Source: Caecitellus pseudoparvulus (Eukaryota; Protista; Bigyra: Bicosoecida). Taken from it: a DNA stretch of 64,000 bases. Numbering within the stretch: position 1 is the first letter of the stretch; every line of letters begins with the position of its first letter. This document shows, in pieces, positions 19,240 to 30,185 of this stretch. Position numbers and translations under genes: made by a program. The stretch is from positions 62,001 through 126,000 of the forward strand of contig CBFFRQ010000041.1 in the NCBI GenBank assembly GCA_965644315.1. Reading direction: 5' to 3'. Under the pieces are notes generated by a model. It made no database searches. It had not been told where the DNA came from and was given only the letters and a program-made list of their open reading frames with translations.

Positions 19240-21687
19240 ATGGTTCAAGCAAGGCGCAGCCGCAGAACAGCCCGCGCGGCGAGCGGGGCCAGCGCGGCAT
19301 CAAGTGCAGCTGTCGAGCCTGCGCCAACGCACACAGTGCCGCCCGGCTCTTCGCCAAGCTCCAGCCCAGCAGGCAGCGCTGGCCAAGGCAAGAAAGGTGA
19401 GTGGTTAGCGTTGTTCATGAGCAAGGGGCGCTCCCTGCTGGCCAGGCTGCGTCCCTGAGGCCGCCCCTCGCCCCTGTTCGCGTGGCAGGGCGTGTCCCTC
19501 ACCTGCAGCGAGGCAGGTGGCGAGGCCGCACGCGGCCTCTTTCGCCGGCTGCATTATGCACCTGCTTCACGGGCCTTGCACGCCTCCTCGCACTTCTCAG
19601 GCTCTGCACCCCGCACAGACATGGCCAGCATGGCGCTGCTGTCCTTGTCCAGTCGTGGGTCGCCCGGAGACACCCACACGGCAGGTGGCGAGGCGGCCCC
19701 TGCTGGCACTCCGCCCAGCATGCCTGGCCCGGAAGGCAGCAGCAACGGCTCCGGCGCAGGGGGGGAGGCGCACCCTCCCGGCGGCGGTGCCACCCGCAGA
19801 CCCAGCGTAGATGCGACAGGGGAAGCCTCCTCGGCCCTGCTGTGGCTGGCTGGGTCGGGGGAGGGTGGCGCGCCCTCCAGTGCCGCCATGGCCACAGCCG
19901 GAGGCACCACCGCAGCCCCCAGCCCCACCTCCTCCGTGCCCTCCGCAGCGGCCTTGCCCCCAGCCACGGCACTGCTCCCCAGCAAGACCACAGGCGGCTC
20001 CAAGCGCAGCGCGGCGGAGGCAGGGGTGGCGGCGGAGGACGGCGCGGCTGCCGCGGAGGGCAGCGGCCGAGCTAAGCGCTCCCGGGCCACGCCCGCCTCC
20101 ACCCCTGTCAGCGTGGCTGCCATCCCCGTGACGCAGCACCCCACCGGCACCGTGTGGCTGCACCCCAGCATGGCGTCCGGCAGCCAAGGCATGGACGCCT
20201 CCTCCATGAGCATGGCGGCGGCGTACGCTCCCTACTTCGTGAACATGCCCACCGGCCAGACAGACCTGGCGACAGGCCTGCCCATCATGGGCACGACGCC
20301 TTGGGACTTGGCCCACGCCAGCGCTGCGGCGGGTCTGGACGCCCTGCCCACCAGCAGTGCCCCAGCAGGCGGCTCGGCAGTGCTGCCGCCCCTGGCAAGC
20401 CTGCCTGGCGCCACGTCCGCTGGTGTCGCCACTGCCACGACAGGGGAGCAGGGCAGCTCGGCGCATGACGCCGCTGCTCAGGTGGCGGCGGCCATTGCCG
20501 CGGCTGCTGTTGGGGGTGAGGACGAGGCGGGGGAGGGGGGCGAGGGCCAGGGCAGCGGCGCCACCACCACCGCTGTGGCCACCTCCGTCACCACTGCCGC
20601 CGCCTCGTCCACCTCCACCACCACCTCCGTGCCCCTGGCAGCGGTGGCTTCTGGCAGCCTGGCTGGCATGCCTGGGGTGGGCATGGCCACCACCACCGTG
20701 CAGGTCAGTGGCGGGCTGGTGGGCGGGTACATGCATGCGCCCGGCATGCTGGCCAGCGGCGGCATGATGCCCGACATGAACACCCTCTTCCTGCAGCAGT
20801 CAGGCCTGGGCATGCTGGCCAACGACGGCAGCTTCATGGCCGCGGCTGCCGCCGCTCACGGGCACGAGGGCATGCTGCAGGCTGGCTCGGCAGGCATGCA
20901 CGCCGGCGCCATGGGCATGCTGCCGGCGGCGGGGGGGCTGTACCCCATGGCCATCCCCATCAACCCCATCGCCCCCGACGGCATGATGCTGCAGGCAGGC
21001 GCCATGGCGCCTAACATGAGCATGGTGGCGGCGGCGCAGCAGGCGGCCATGGGGGCTCGCCATGCCGCCCGCGGCCGGCGAGGTGGGCGCAGCGGCTCCA
21101 CCCAGCGAGCTGCCAGGTCGCGTGGCGAGCCCACCTGTCGCGTGTGCCAGCACGTGTCGCCGTCGTGGGAGGACCTGCGTGCCCACGTGACGTCCACCCA
21201 CGCAGAGGCGCTGGCACGCACGGCGTCCAAGTCTGGGCAGGCGCTCATGTGTGACTGGTGCGGCGCCAAGTTCTCCAAGCACGCCTACCTCATCGAGCAC
21301 CTGCGCGTGCACACGGGCGAGCGCCCGTACAAGTGCAACGTGTGCAGCAAGACCTTCACGCGGCGGTACATGCTGACGGCACACATGCGCATCCACACCG
21401 GCGAGAAGCCCTTCGTCTGCGACATGTGCGGGAAGGAGTTCGCGTGCAGCACAGACCTCAAGCGCCACCGCCGCATCCACACCGGCGAGAAGCCCTTCCA
21501 GTGCCGGTACTGTGGCAAGGCGTTTTCCGACGGCTCAGCCTGGCGCCGGCACGAACGCATTCACACTGGCGAGCAGCGCATGGCCAAGTGCCACCTGTGT
21601 GGGCAAACCTTCACGCGGCGGGCATCCCTGTCCACGCACCTGTCAGCCAAGCACGGCGTGCAAGACACAGGCGGGGAGGAGGGCTGA
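19240..21687 (+). CDS. C2H2 zinc-finger transcription factor (6 fingers, Kruppel TGEKP linkers, Met/Ala/Gly-rich region)
   Basis: Six CxxC..HxxxH(x) fingers with HTGERPY/HTGEKPF linkers at about 21130-21655. Probable first exon 19240-19396 is joined in phase by GTGAGT..CAG intron 19397-19600. Confidence 0.88.
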
Positions 21688-21775
21688 CTGCCCCCCTAGC
21701 CCTGCCCAGCCTTCATGAATGAACTGCATTACAATACCACACAAATCAGCTGCTGTTCCGGCGCTGGGTCACCAG

Positions 21776-23590
21776 CTACCGGGGCGTCGGCTCCGTCGGC
21801 GTTAGGCCAAAGGGTGTGGCTCCGGTGGGTGCTGCCCACGGAGCACGCACACGCCCTGACGAGTCAGATGAAGTCACGCTCGCGCCGCCGGAGATGCTGA
21901 GCCCACCTCGACTGGACCCCAGTGACTGGCGCAGGGAGCGGGTGTACTCGGCCACCCGGCGCTGTCGGGCAGCCGACGAGGGCGGCGGGGCTGGAGGTGC
22001 AGCACCAGCGCTGGGGCCGTGTGCGGGGGTGCCGGAGGCTGGCACGGGAGGGGGGGGGGTTGGCGTGTCCCCCCCCCTGAAGGGCAGGGAGGGCGTGCTG
22101 TCGGCCTGCCCCACTTGCTGCTTCCACGCCGCCGCAGAGAAGTGCCCCGGGTCCAGGGCGCCATCCACCGACGGCCCCGTGTGGTGGGCGACGAAGGGTG
22201 ACGCTGTGTCATAGGCGCTGCGCTTGCTGGCTGCGAGGGTGTGGTCCGCTTCGCCACCCCCGCCGCCGCCCCCCTGCCCCATCCACGCCCACAGGCTGCT
22301 CAGGAAGGAGTCAGGCGGCGGCTGGTGGTCGGTGGTGGCAGTCGCGGCGGGGGCCGGCACCTTGTGGGGTGGCGGCTTGCCTGGCTCTGCAGCCCCTTCC
22401 GACGGGGCTGCCGCGACGGGGGCAGGCACCACGGGCTGGCCAGGTTGCAGGGGGGGCAGGAAGTAGTTCATGAGGCGAGGCAGGGCCACGCCGGCCACTG
22501 CCGTGATGGCCACAAAGGCGACGAACATCCAGGCAGGCGCCTCCTGGTCGAAGAGCAGGTTCACCTGCTGGTGCACCTGGACCGAGGAGTTGACGAGCAG
22601 GGCCAGCATGCCCATCTGCAGGCCACCCCGGGAGTACAGGCGGGGAAAGTGCAGGTCTCGCTTCTGGTACTTGCGGAAGTCGTGCTCTGGCTCGTGCACC
22701 TTCACCAGCACCCACCGCAGCAGCACCAAGTGCTCAGCCAGCTCTGCCGTCAGGTCCTGCTCCGTTTCGGGCGTCGGCCGGTCGTCATTGGCCGAGTCGA
22801 TGTCCTGCCACAGCTTGCGCAGCCCGGGCGACAGGGCCGCGCTGCCTGGGCGAGGCACGCCGCACTCGTGCAGCAGGAAGCTGTCCAGGCGCACGCCCTC
22901 CCGCATCACCTTGCGTAGGAGGTTCAGGTGGCTGCGCAGTTTGCTGCGCATCCAGCTGCCCATGCGACGCTGCAGCTGCAGCAGCACCAGCAGGGACGTG
23001 AGCAGGAAGAAGAAGGCCAGCCCCAGGGAGAGGGCCCACAGGCTCACCGCCGTGCCGTCTGAGTCCACCGGCAGCTGCCCCTCCACCACCACGGCAAAGG
23101 CAGCCCCGATCAACAGAGTGGCCACCTGGGAAGGCGCAGATGTGTGGGTGAAGTGGAGATCAGCGATTGTGGCACTGCAGCTGGCCACCGCCAGCGGGCT
23201 CTCCTTTCACGCACCACCATGAGGGTCTGGATCTGCGCAGGCACATCGGGTTGGGCCAGTGTGCGCCAGCGCCACCAGCGCCACCAGCGTCAGGCTCATA
23301 CCTTTTCGTTTTCCAGTCCCACAGTGTCTCGCAAGTTCTCTCGTGCAGCGTTCAAATGCTCAATCACAACCTGGGTGCCACAGCGCGCTTGCGTTCGGCA
23401 CGCATCCACCGCACGAAACGCCCGCACTCACCTCCCGGGCGTGCTGAACCACTTCGGTGCGCATGCCCTGCCTGTGCAGTGCATGCGTGAGCTTGCGCTC
23501 TGCATGAAAGAACGCTCCGTCCGTCAGCACACCAGCGACCACATGGGGCGACGCCAAAGCCGCTAAAACGCTGCGCACGGCAGCCTCCAT
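21776..23590 (-). CDS. Orai-like four-TM membrane protein, 4 exons including an 18-nt microexon
   Basis: Spliced frame ...RENLRDTVGLENEK|IQTLMV|VATLLIGAAFAVVVEGQLP aligns in register with Orai TM1 (ALLSGFAMVAMVEVQL). Three further hydrophobic helices follow. Confidence 0.65.
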
Positions 23591-24071
23591 GCCTGGCGCC
23601 GCGTGTCTTGCTTGGTCGAGGCGCACACGCCCGGCCCGCTGCAGCACGCAGGGAGCAGGCGAGGGGCAGCAAGGGAGTAATTGTACACCAAGCCACGCTT
23701 GTCAGTGGACAACCAAATTTCCGCGTCGGCTCCCTGGTGTGCGGCTGCTGGATAGTTTTGCCGAGGCGGCACAAGTGGCGTTCAAGCGGCAGCCAGCGAC
23801 ACCTAGCCTCAAGCACAACCCAAGTGTGCCAAGACGCAACATTCCTCAATTCACATATAACTGGCATACGAACACACGCCCACTTTCCTGCGAGCCATCT
23901 CGCTTTGGATCGTGCAGGAGGACCGAAGTGTGTCACTGCGGTAACGGAGAACCAATTTCCGCACCGCCTGCACACCGCGGCACCCGCCCTGCAGCGCATT
24001 CCAGCCAGCTGCACTGGGCACCGAAGCTCGCACAGCCTGCTTCAAAACTATCCACACCTCCAGGCGTGCAA

Positions 24072-25449
24072 TATGCACACACAGCGTCACGCCAGGCAGG
24101 CGAACGGTCGTCGTGCAAGCACAGGAGCCACGAAGCGCGCCAAGCCGCTGCAGAGCCGGCGCCAGTCCACCGGGCAGACGCCCCAGAAGCCGCCCTCCCT
24201 CCGGGCGTTCCCACCCAATGAGTCGTTGAGCGGGAAGAAACGTGTGCCCACGCCTGGCAGCACGCCCCGGCGCCCGCCGTCCGCTGTGGCGTTTGGGCGC
24301 AGCTGCAGCACTGGGCGCCTTACGCCCAGCCAGGCAGAGCACTGCCGCGCAGTGCAGGCGGTGCACCCCGGCACGCCAGACACAGCAGCATCTTCCCGGC
24401 GGCGTCGGCTGTCCAGTGGCTCCTGTGTCGACGCACCCACCGCCGTGACGTCACACACCACCCTGCTCCCGGGCGATGCACGCGCCACGGGCGGCCTGCT
24501 GCTGTCCCCGCCCCGCCTGCGCTCCAACGTGCGGGTGTACGCCACCACGGCGGCCTGGCGAGCGCGCACGGGCAAGCAGGGCATGGACACCATCTCCTCC
24601 ACCGTCACGCTGGTGCCCCCCTCACCCCCCCTGCAGCACCCAGCCACCGCTCCACCCTCCCCGCCCCCAGCGCCACAGCTGACGGAGGCAAGGGAAGCAG
24701 ACAGCCCCTTGTCGGAGCCCGCCCCACAGATGGTGGATGCGGGCTCACCGCCCCCCTCCCCCTGCGTGTCCCCCCCGCTGGGGCTGCAGGACGTGCCCCT
24801 GTCCTCTGACAACGAAGACGCACCCACGCCACAAGGCGCCTTGCCCGACACACCACCACAGGTCCCGCGCATGTACGCCTGCCCGCCACCTGCAGCTGCC
24901 TGTGTGACGCCAGAGGTGGACACTGCCCTGTACGTGGGTGGCCGAGTACGCCCCGCCACACGTTGCCCGCGCATCGCACTGCTGGGGCACTACAACCGCA
25001 GCCAAGGCATGGCACTGCTGCCCACGACATGGTACGTCGCCTGCCTCTGCCCCGTGAGCTGCAGCGCCAGCCGGCACAGAGCAGAGACAGCCGCCTCCAC
25101 ACCCGGCCTGCGCACGCCCTGCCCCACCGGGAAGGACGCCTTCCGCCCCTGCTGTGCCAGGGGGCGCCTGGCAGTGTTCCGGTACTCTGCACTGGCCCAG
25201 GCATGGCCCAAGGTGCGCGCCGCTGTGACGCAGAGCCTGGCACAGCTGCCAGCCGGCAGCCGCCTCGTGGGGCAGCAGCGTCTGGGGCTGGCTGCTGCGA
25301 GTGAGTGGACGTGTCCGCGCCCCGTCGTGTTCGGGGTGTTGTGGGACTCCGTGGCCAGCGAGCGCCTGCGGTCGTTCCAGCTGCTGTTCAACCTTCTGTT
25401 CCAGGCGCAGTGCACGGACGCGCCGGCTCTGCAGTGGCTGCTGCGGTAG
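24072..25449 (+). CDS. Low-complexity protein with a C-terminal PX-like domain
   Basis: 'VFRYSALAQAW...CPRPVVFG..DSVASERLRSFQLLFNLL...PALQWLL' follows the PX pattern RRYSxF..P.K..FG..EERR..L..YL. Start uncertain; the ORF is open from 23608. Confidence 0.6.
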
Positions 25450-25906
25450 GCTGCTGCGCTGGGCGTTTGAGGCAGCTCTGCTCCTGCAGCAGCTTGCGCC
25501 TGTGCTCAATGACGGCGCAGTACTGCGCATACGTGGCGCCACTGAAGGGTTGGATGAGAGCAGCGACCAGGCGTGGCTCCTGCGACTCGCAGGGACCCCA
25601 GGGCGAGGTGGAGGGGGCTCGCATGGTTGCTGCAGTCGATTTCCGCAGGGCACCCACCTCGCTCTCCACGTCCACCGTGAAGGCGTACCAGGCAGACTGC
25701 TTCAAATCCACGAGCCCCAACGTGTGTATGCTGATGGTGACTGCTGCTGCGTCTCGGCTGCCGTCGTCGACGTGCACCACTTTCTCGTCCGCGTCCCGCG
25801 AGGCGAGGCGACCGACCAGCGTCAGCCTTGTGCCTGCTTCGAGGTGTTGGCCGGCCAGCTCCCGCAGGAAGACATGCCGAGCCGGCTGCAGTCGATGGTA
25901 TGCCAT
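25388..25906 (-). CDS. TEN1: CST complex subunit TEN1 (OB fold)
   Basis: 'PARHVFLREL..LEAGTRLTLVGRLASRD...RLVAALIQPFSGATYAQYCAVIEHRRKL' parallels animal/plant TEN1 (PG.Y...E...G.TLRTFGRL..YD...ARVL..VEG....LEQAI.EQR). Confidence 0.7.
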   Translation of the reverse strand: MAYHRLQPARHVFLRELAGQHLEAGTRLTLVGRLASRDADEKVVHVDDGSRDAAAVTISIHTLGLVDLKQSAWYAFTVDVESEVGALRKSTAATMRAPSTSPWGPCESQEPRLVAALIQPFSGATYAQYCAVIEHRRKLLQEQSCLKRPAQQPTAAATAEPARPCTAPGTEG

Positions 25907-26165
25907 GGTTAGAAGGTCCTCACCTCGGGGGGCGGCTCTGGGAACCCGCGCAGGCAATGGAATGGCCGCGAAAGGATGTGGCGCAATGCAGTTGTGGCAG
26001 GCCCGCTGCACTGCGCCGGCACCGCCCAAAACAGAGAGCTGCACTCCTCGGCAAACCCGTGGAGCTGCGTGATGGGCGAAACGACTGCATTTCCACCACC
26101 GTGCAAGGGCGTGTACCATGCTCACGACGGGGTACAGTCAAGTGAAGCCTGCGGAATCCGCGACG

Positions 26166-27345
26166 ATGGACGGTCCGGCACAAAATGCCGGGCATGAGCA
26201 AGAGCGTGCCGGGGACGTCGAGCAGGGCGGCAAGAAAGGCGGTGCTATGGAGTGTGCACCCACCAAGGAGAAGCTGATCCCCGACGCCGCCCAGCAGCCG
26301 GAGCCAGAGGCGCGGAAAGAACCATGCTGCAGCCACCCAGCCACATGGACGGCCTCTGCGTGGGTGCGCCTTTCGCTCCTGCTCCTGCTCATCGCCTTCA
26401 TCTTGTTCGTCATCATTGATGCTGCAACAACGGGAAACGTCGGAAATGTCTTTGCCGCCTTCTTGGAGTGGATGCGGGACATGCCTGCGGCAGGGACCTT
26501 TGCCTTCATCGGCCTGTACATCGTGAGCGGAAATTGGCCGCGGTGCCCAGCGATTCCCTGAGCACACCCGGCGCCTGCTGGCACCCTTTCACAGCTGGCC
26601 ACGGTGGCTTTCATCCCTGGATCCATCTTGACCCTTGGCGCGGGCTTTGTGTTTTCCCAGGCCTTTGGCCAGGGCGTGGGTGCGTCGACGCCTCGCCAGT
26701 CAGCCGTGACAGCGCGTCACCGTCCACTGCTTCCACTCCTTCCCAGGCATCGCCGTGGGCACGGCAGTGGTGTTCGCAGGGGCCAGCATTGGCGCGACGC
26801 TGGCCTTCCTCCTGGGCAAGTACGTCTTCCGGGAGTGGGTGGAGCGCCGCATCCAGTCGTACCGCATCATGAAGGCGGTGGACGCGGCCATCGCCCAGCG
26901 AGGCGCACTGCTGGTGGTGCTGCTGCGCCTGTCCCCCGTCGTGCCCTTCAACGCCTTCAACTACATCATGTCCGCCACCTCCTGCCCCCTGCTGGCGTAC
27001 CTCCTGGGGCACGTCGGCATGATCCCCGGCACAGCAGCGTACGTGTATTTCGGCTCCCTGCTCAGCAGCGTGAAGGAGACGGCGGAGGGCACTGGCAACG
27101 CGGAGCAACAGGACCCTGTCCTGCGCTGGACCCTGCTCTCCATCGGCTTGGTGGCGACGCTGGTGGCGTTGGTGGCCATCTCCTTCTACGCGCGGCGGGC
27201 CCTGACGGAGGCCCTCGCCGCGGAGGAGGAGGGCGGGGAGAAGGAGGGGGGGGACACGGGTGAGAAGGAGGGGGGGGACACGGGTGAGGGGCTGGCCCGG
27301 GTGGACCGCGTGTCACACCTCAGCATGGGCTCAGCGTCTGAGTGA
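26166..27345 (+). CDS. TVP38/TMEM64 (VTT/DedA, SNARE-associated) membrane protein
   Basis: 'ATVAFIPGSILTLGAGFVF', 'GASIGATLAFLLGKY', 'LLRLSPVVPFNAFNY', 'GMIPGT'. Two GT-AG introns, the first at 26523-26594. Confidence 0.92.
27238..27288 (+). repeat. 24-bp coding tandem duplication (EKEGGDTG x2)
   Basis: GAGAAGGAGGGGGGGGACACGGGT occurs twice in tandem in the TMEM64 C-terminal tail. Confidence 0.85.
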
Positions 27346-27400
27346 GGAGGGGTGGGGGCGGGGGGACACGCTCCCGGCCCCTCAATGCACTGCTTGTTGT

Positions 27401-28613
27401 TCACACACCCTCCTCCACACCCGCCTTGCGTAGCACGAGGACGGCGTTGGGCAGCCAGTACACGGCGTTGGCCATGTCACCCTGAGACAGGTATGGCACC
27501 CGGCTCCATGCCTGCAGCGTGAGGGTGCCACGGGGGATGACAGTGCTGCCCTTCTCCACACCACTGCCGCTAGCTTGGGGGGGGGATGAGACCGCCACCT
27601 CCGCTGCTGCCGCTGTCGCGGCGCCATCTCCCGCAGGCGGCGCGAAGGGAATGCCCAGCACTCGCGCAAGGAAGGTGCGCAGCGCATGCTCCAGGGTGCA
27701 CCGGTCCCCACAGCGTGCCCCCGACATGGGCAGGGCTTCAGCCGGGCGCCGCTGGACACCGCCCACCTCCACAAAGTCATCCCACGGCAGCACGAGAGCG
27801 AGCAGCAAGTGCCCACCGGGCGCCAGCAGCCGCACCATGTCCCGCAGCAAGCTCACAGGGTGGCTGCAGCGGTCCAGGACGTTCAGCCCCGCCACGACGT
27901 CAAAGGCGCCGTCCTTTGCGAAGGCGGTGTGGGCCGAGGCGGCCAGACTGCCACTGGCCAGGGCGGTGTGGCCCAGGCTCTGCAGCGCAGCGACACAGGC
28001 GTCGCTGGTGTCTGTCGCCGTGACCTGCACCTGCACCCTGCGCCCGTCGCCCCCTGCCGCTGCCGCGAGGCCCTGCACCAGGCGCTGTGTCACTTCCCCA
28101 GCACCGGCGCCCACATCCAGCAGGCGCAGTGTGTGGGGCATGGCGGTGTGGCGCAGGTCACCCAGCAACCCCTGCACCTGCTGAGGCGACAGCACGTGCA
28201 TGTGCCCTGCGCCCAACATGGCGTTGATGTCGGCCGTGCCGTACCCCAGCCAGCGCAGCGGAGCCGCCAGGACGCCACCCCACCAACTGGGCTGCGTGCT
28301 CTGCATCCACTCCCGCGTCCCGGCGTCCAGAGTCAGAGGGTGGAACGTAGCACGCATGAGTGGGCTTCTGCGGTGTCGGCAAGGCGAGGTGACGTGGCGC
28401 TCTGTGCGCCTTGCTCTTCCCACGCACTCACAGCTGGTCCAGGCGCACAGCATACTGTGGCAAGAGTGCAGCAGTCGCTTCTCGGCCAGCCAGGCCGTCG
28501 TAGTGGCTCGTGTCCACACCCGCGCTGGATTCCCCCCTCAAGTAGTAGGCCGTGTTGTCCTCAACGGCTTGGCGTGCCGTGGCCTGGGCGTCTGCTACCC
28601 ACCAGCGAGGCAT
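27401..28613 (-). CDS. METTL9: METTL9/DREV protein-histidine methyltransferase
   Basis: 'DINAMLGAGHMHVLS', 'LLDVGAGAGEVT', 'FDVVAGLNVLDRCSHP', 'LLALVLP', 'WSRVPYLSQGD...YWL'. Intron at 28368-28431. Confidence 0.88.
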
Positions 28614-28649
28614 GGCGGCAAGTGCGGAATTTGAGACCCGTGCGCCCCC

Positions 28650-28901
28650 TCAAAAGTCCAGCAAGAGCTCGGCGAGGATGCCCTTGATGTCCTCAGTGGT
28701 GACTTCCGGGCGCCCCTCTCCTGAATGCCGTTCCTTGGCACTGATGGCAGCACGGTGCACTGCTTCAGCCGTGAACAGGCGGAGGAACTCGGCCAGCAGC
28801 AGCGCCGCAGGTCGATTCAGCCGAAGCCCCCGTTGCTTCGCGAGTGCGTCCAAGGTGCCCGGCTTGAAGACAGATGCTGGGAGCTTGGATGGCGTGGACA
28901 T
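28650..28901 (-). CDS. CENPX: CENP-X/MHF2 histone-fold protein
   Basis: 'ALLLAEFLRLFTAEAVHRA...VTTEDIKGILAELLLDF*'; the terminal LLLDF is diagnostic. Confidence 0.9.
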   Translation of the reverse strand: MSTPSKLPASVFKPGTLDALAKQRGLRLNRPAALLLAEFLRLFTAEAVHRAAISAKERHSGEGRPEVTTEDIKGILAELLLDF

Positions 28902-29114
28902 GCTGCGGCAGCAGGGCTTGCCTGCCTCTGCGCTTGCTGTCAGCGCCGGCGTGTCGTCGCGCTGCCCCGGCGCACGACAGGCCACAGGCACGGGGCAAGG
29001 CTTCAGTCTGGGAGCCAGCGCTGTCTCACGCCGCATGGTCAGCCTCCGAGTGTGCTCGGTGGCGGAAGTTTACGCTGCTGCCGCGTCTGCTGCGCCCACC
29101 GCTGCGGCAGCTGG

Positions 29115-29915
29115 CTACCCACCCCCCACCTTGCCTGCCTCAATGCACCCCTTGCACCGCCGCCTGCGCCCCAGACCCCACTGGCGCTTGCTGAAGCGCC
29201 CAGGGGGCAAGCTGGCCCCGCATGCACTGCACTGTCGTGTGGCTGGGCGGGGGCCGGCGCCACTGCGCGAAGGCGAGGCGGCACTCACTGGCGCCGCTGC
29301 CCCCCTACCACCCCTTCGAGCCCCCCCTCGCCCCCCCTTGCCCCTGCTGTACACACTGGCCTTGCACGTGAGAGCAGGGCACTGCAGATGGTGCGTCGTG
29401 TGGCGCGTGAGGGGGGCCAGGCTGGCAGGTGGCAGGTCGCCGCCGTCACAGGGTGGCGTGACCAGGAACACGCCAGTCAGCCCAGCAGAGGCAGCTTGGC
29501 TCAGCACACGCCCAAAGTCGCGGTCCAGGGAGATGACTGCCACGGCAGTGCTGGCGCGCAGGGCGGGGAAATCGTGCGTGTCACGCAGGACGCGCTGCAC
29601 CGCCTCGGCCAGCAGGCGGTCTGCCATCTCCTTACGCCCCACGCAAATGTCCAGCACTTGCACGCCAGCCCGCCCCAGGGCCTTGCGTGTGGCACTGGGC
29701 ACAGCAGGCGGGTTCAGCGCCACCTGCCACCGCAGCATGGTCAGCCGGCCAGCGCCCAGCGCACCCTGCAACGCCTGCGTCACCTCCTGCAACGCAGCAG
29801 CTAGCCCACCAGCGCCGCCCACGACAAAGACATTCTCAATGTCCCAGACGACGTGCACGCGCACAGGCGGAGGGTCTGCGGGGACCACCTGCGCCTGGCT
29901 ACTGCCGCAGCCCAT
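29115..29915 (-). CDS. NYN (LabA/MARF1-type PIN) nuclease with N-terminal MGCGSS acylation motif and C-terminal Stc1-like zinc finger
   Basis: NYN motifs VVWDIEN, KEMADRLL, VISLDRDF. C-terminal CSAC..FSKRQW..CKGC. Confidence 0.8.
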   Translation of the reverse strand: MGCGSSQAQVVPADPPPVRVHVVWDIENVFVVGGAGGLAAALQEVTQALQGALGAGRLTMLRWQVALNPPAVPSATRKALGRAGVQVLDICVGRKEMADRLLAEAVQRVLRDTHDFPALRASTAVAVISLDRDFGRVLSQAASAGLTGVFLVTPPCDGGDLPPASLAPLTRHTTHHLQCPALTCKASVYSRGKGGRGGARRGGRGAAAPVSAASPSRSGAGPRPATRQCSACGASLPPGRFSKRQWGLGRRRRCKGCIEAGKVGGG

Positions 29916-30185
29916 GCTGCCGGGTGCAAGACCACCTTGCTCAGCCCAGCTGTGAAGGGGGGTGCACGTGAAGCTGTGCCTGCCTGCCCAAGCATTCTGC
30001 AGATTGAGCACAAAGTTTAGAACTCTTGCAGACCGCGCATTGTGCGTACAGTGCCTTTCTGTCGACTGGCTTGTGGAGCGTGCCTGGCACACACAGGCAT
30101 GCTGGCTGCACGCCGATCTTGGCACAGCGCTCCAACCACCGCCTTCTTGAAGTGCTGCACACAGTGGACAAGCGCCTATCACATC

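Noticed and set aside
28552-29955. Many long antisense or alternative-frame ORFs (e.g. 28552-29955, 41825-43384, 8371-9594)
   Set aside because: These are shadow ORFs expected at high GC opposite real genes, with no independent motifs.
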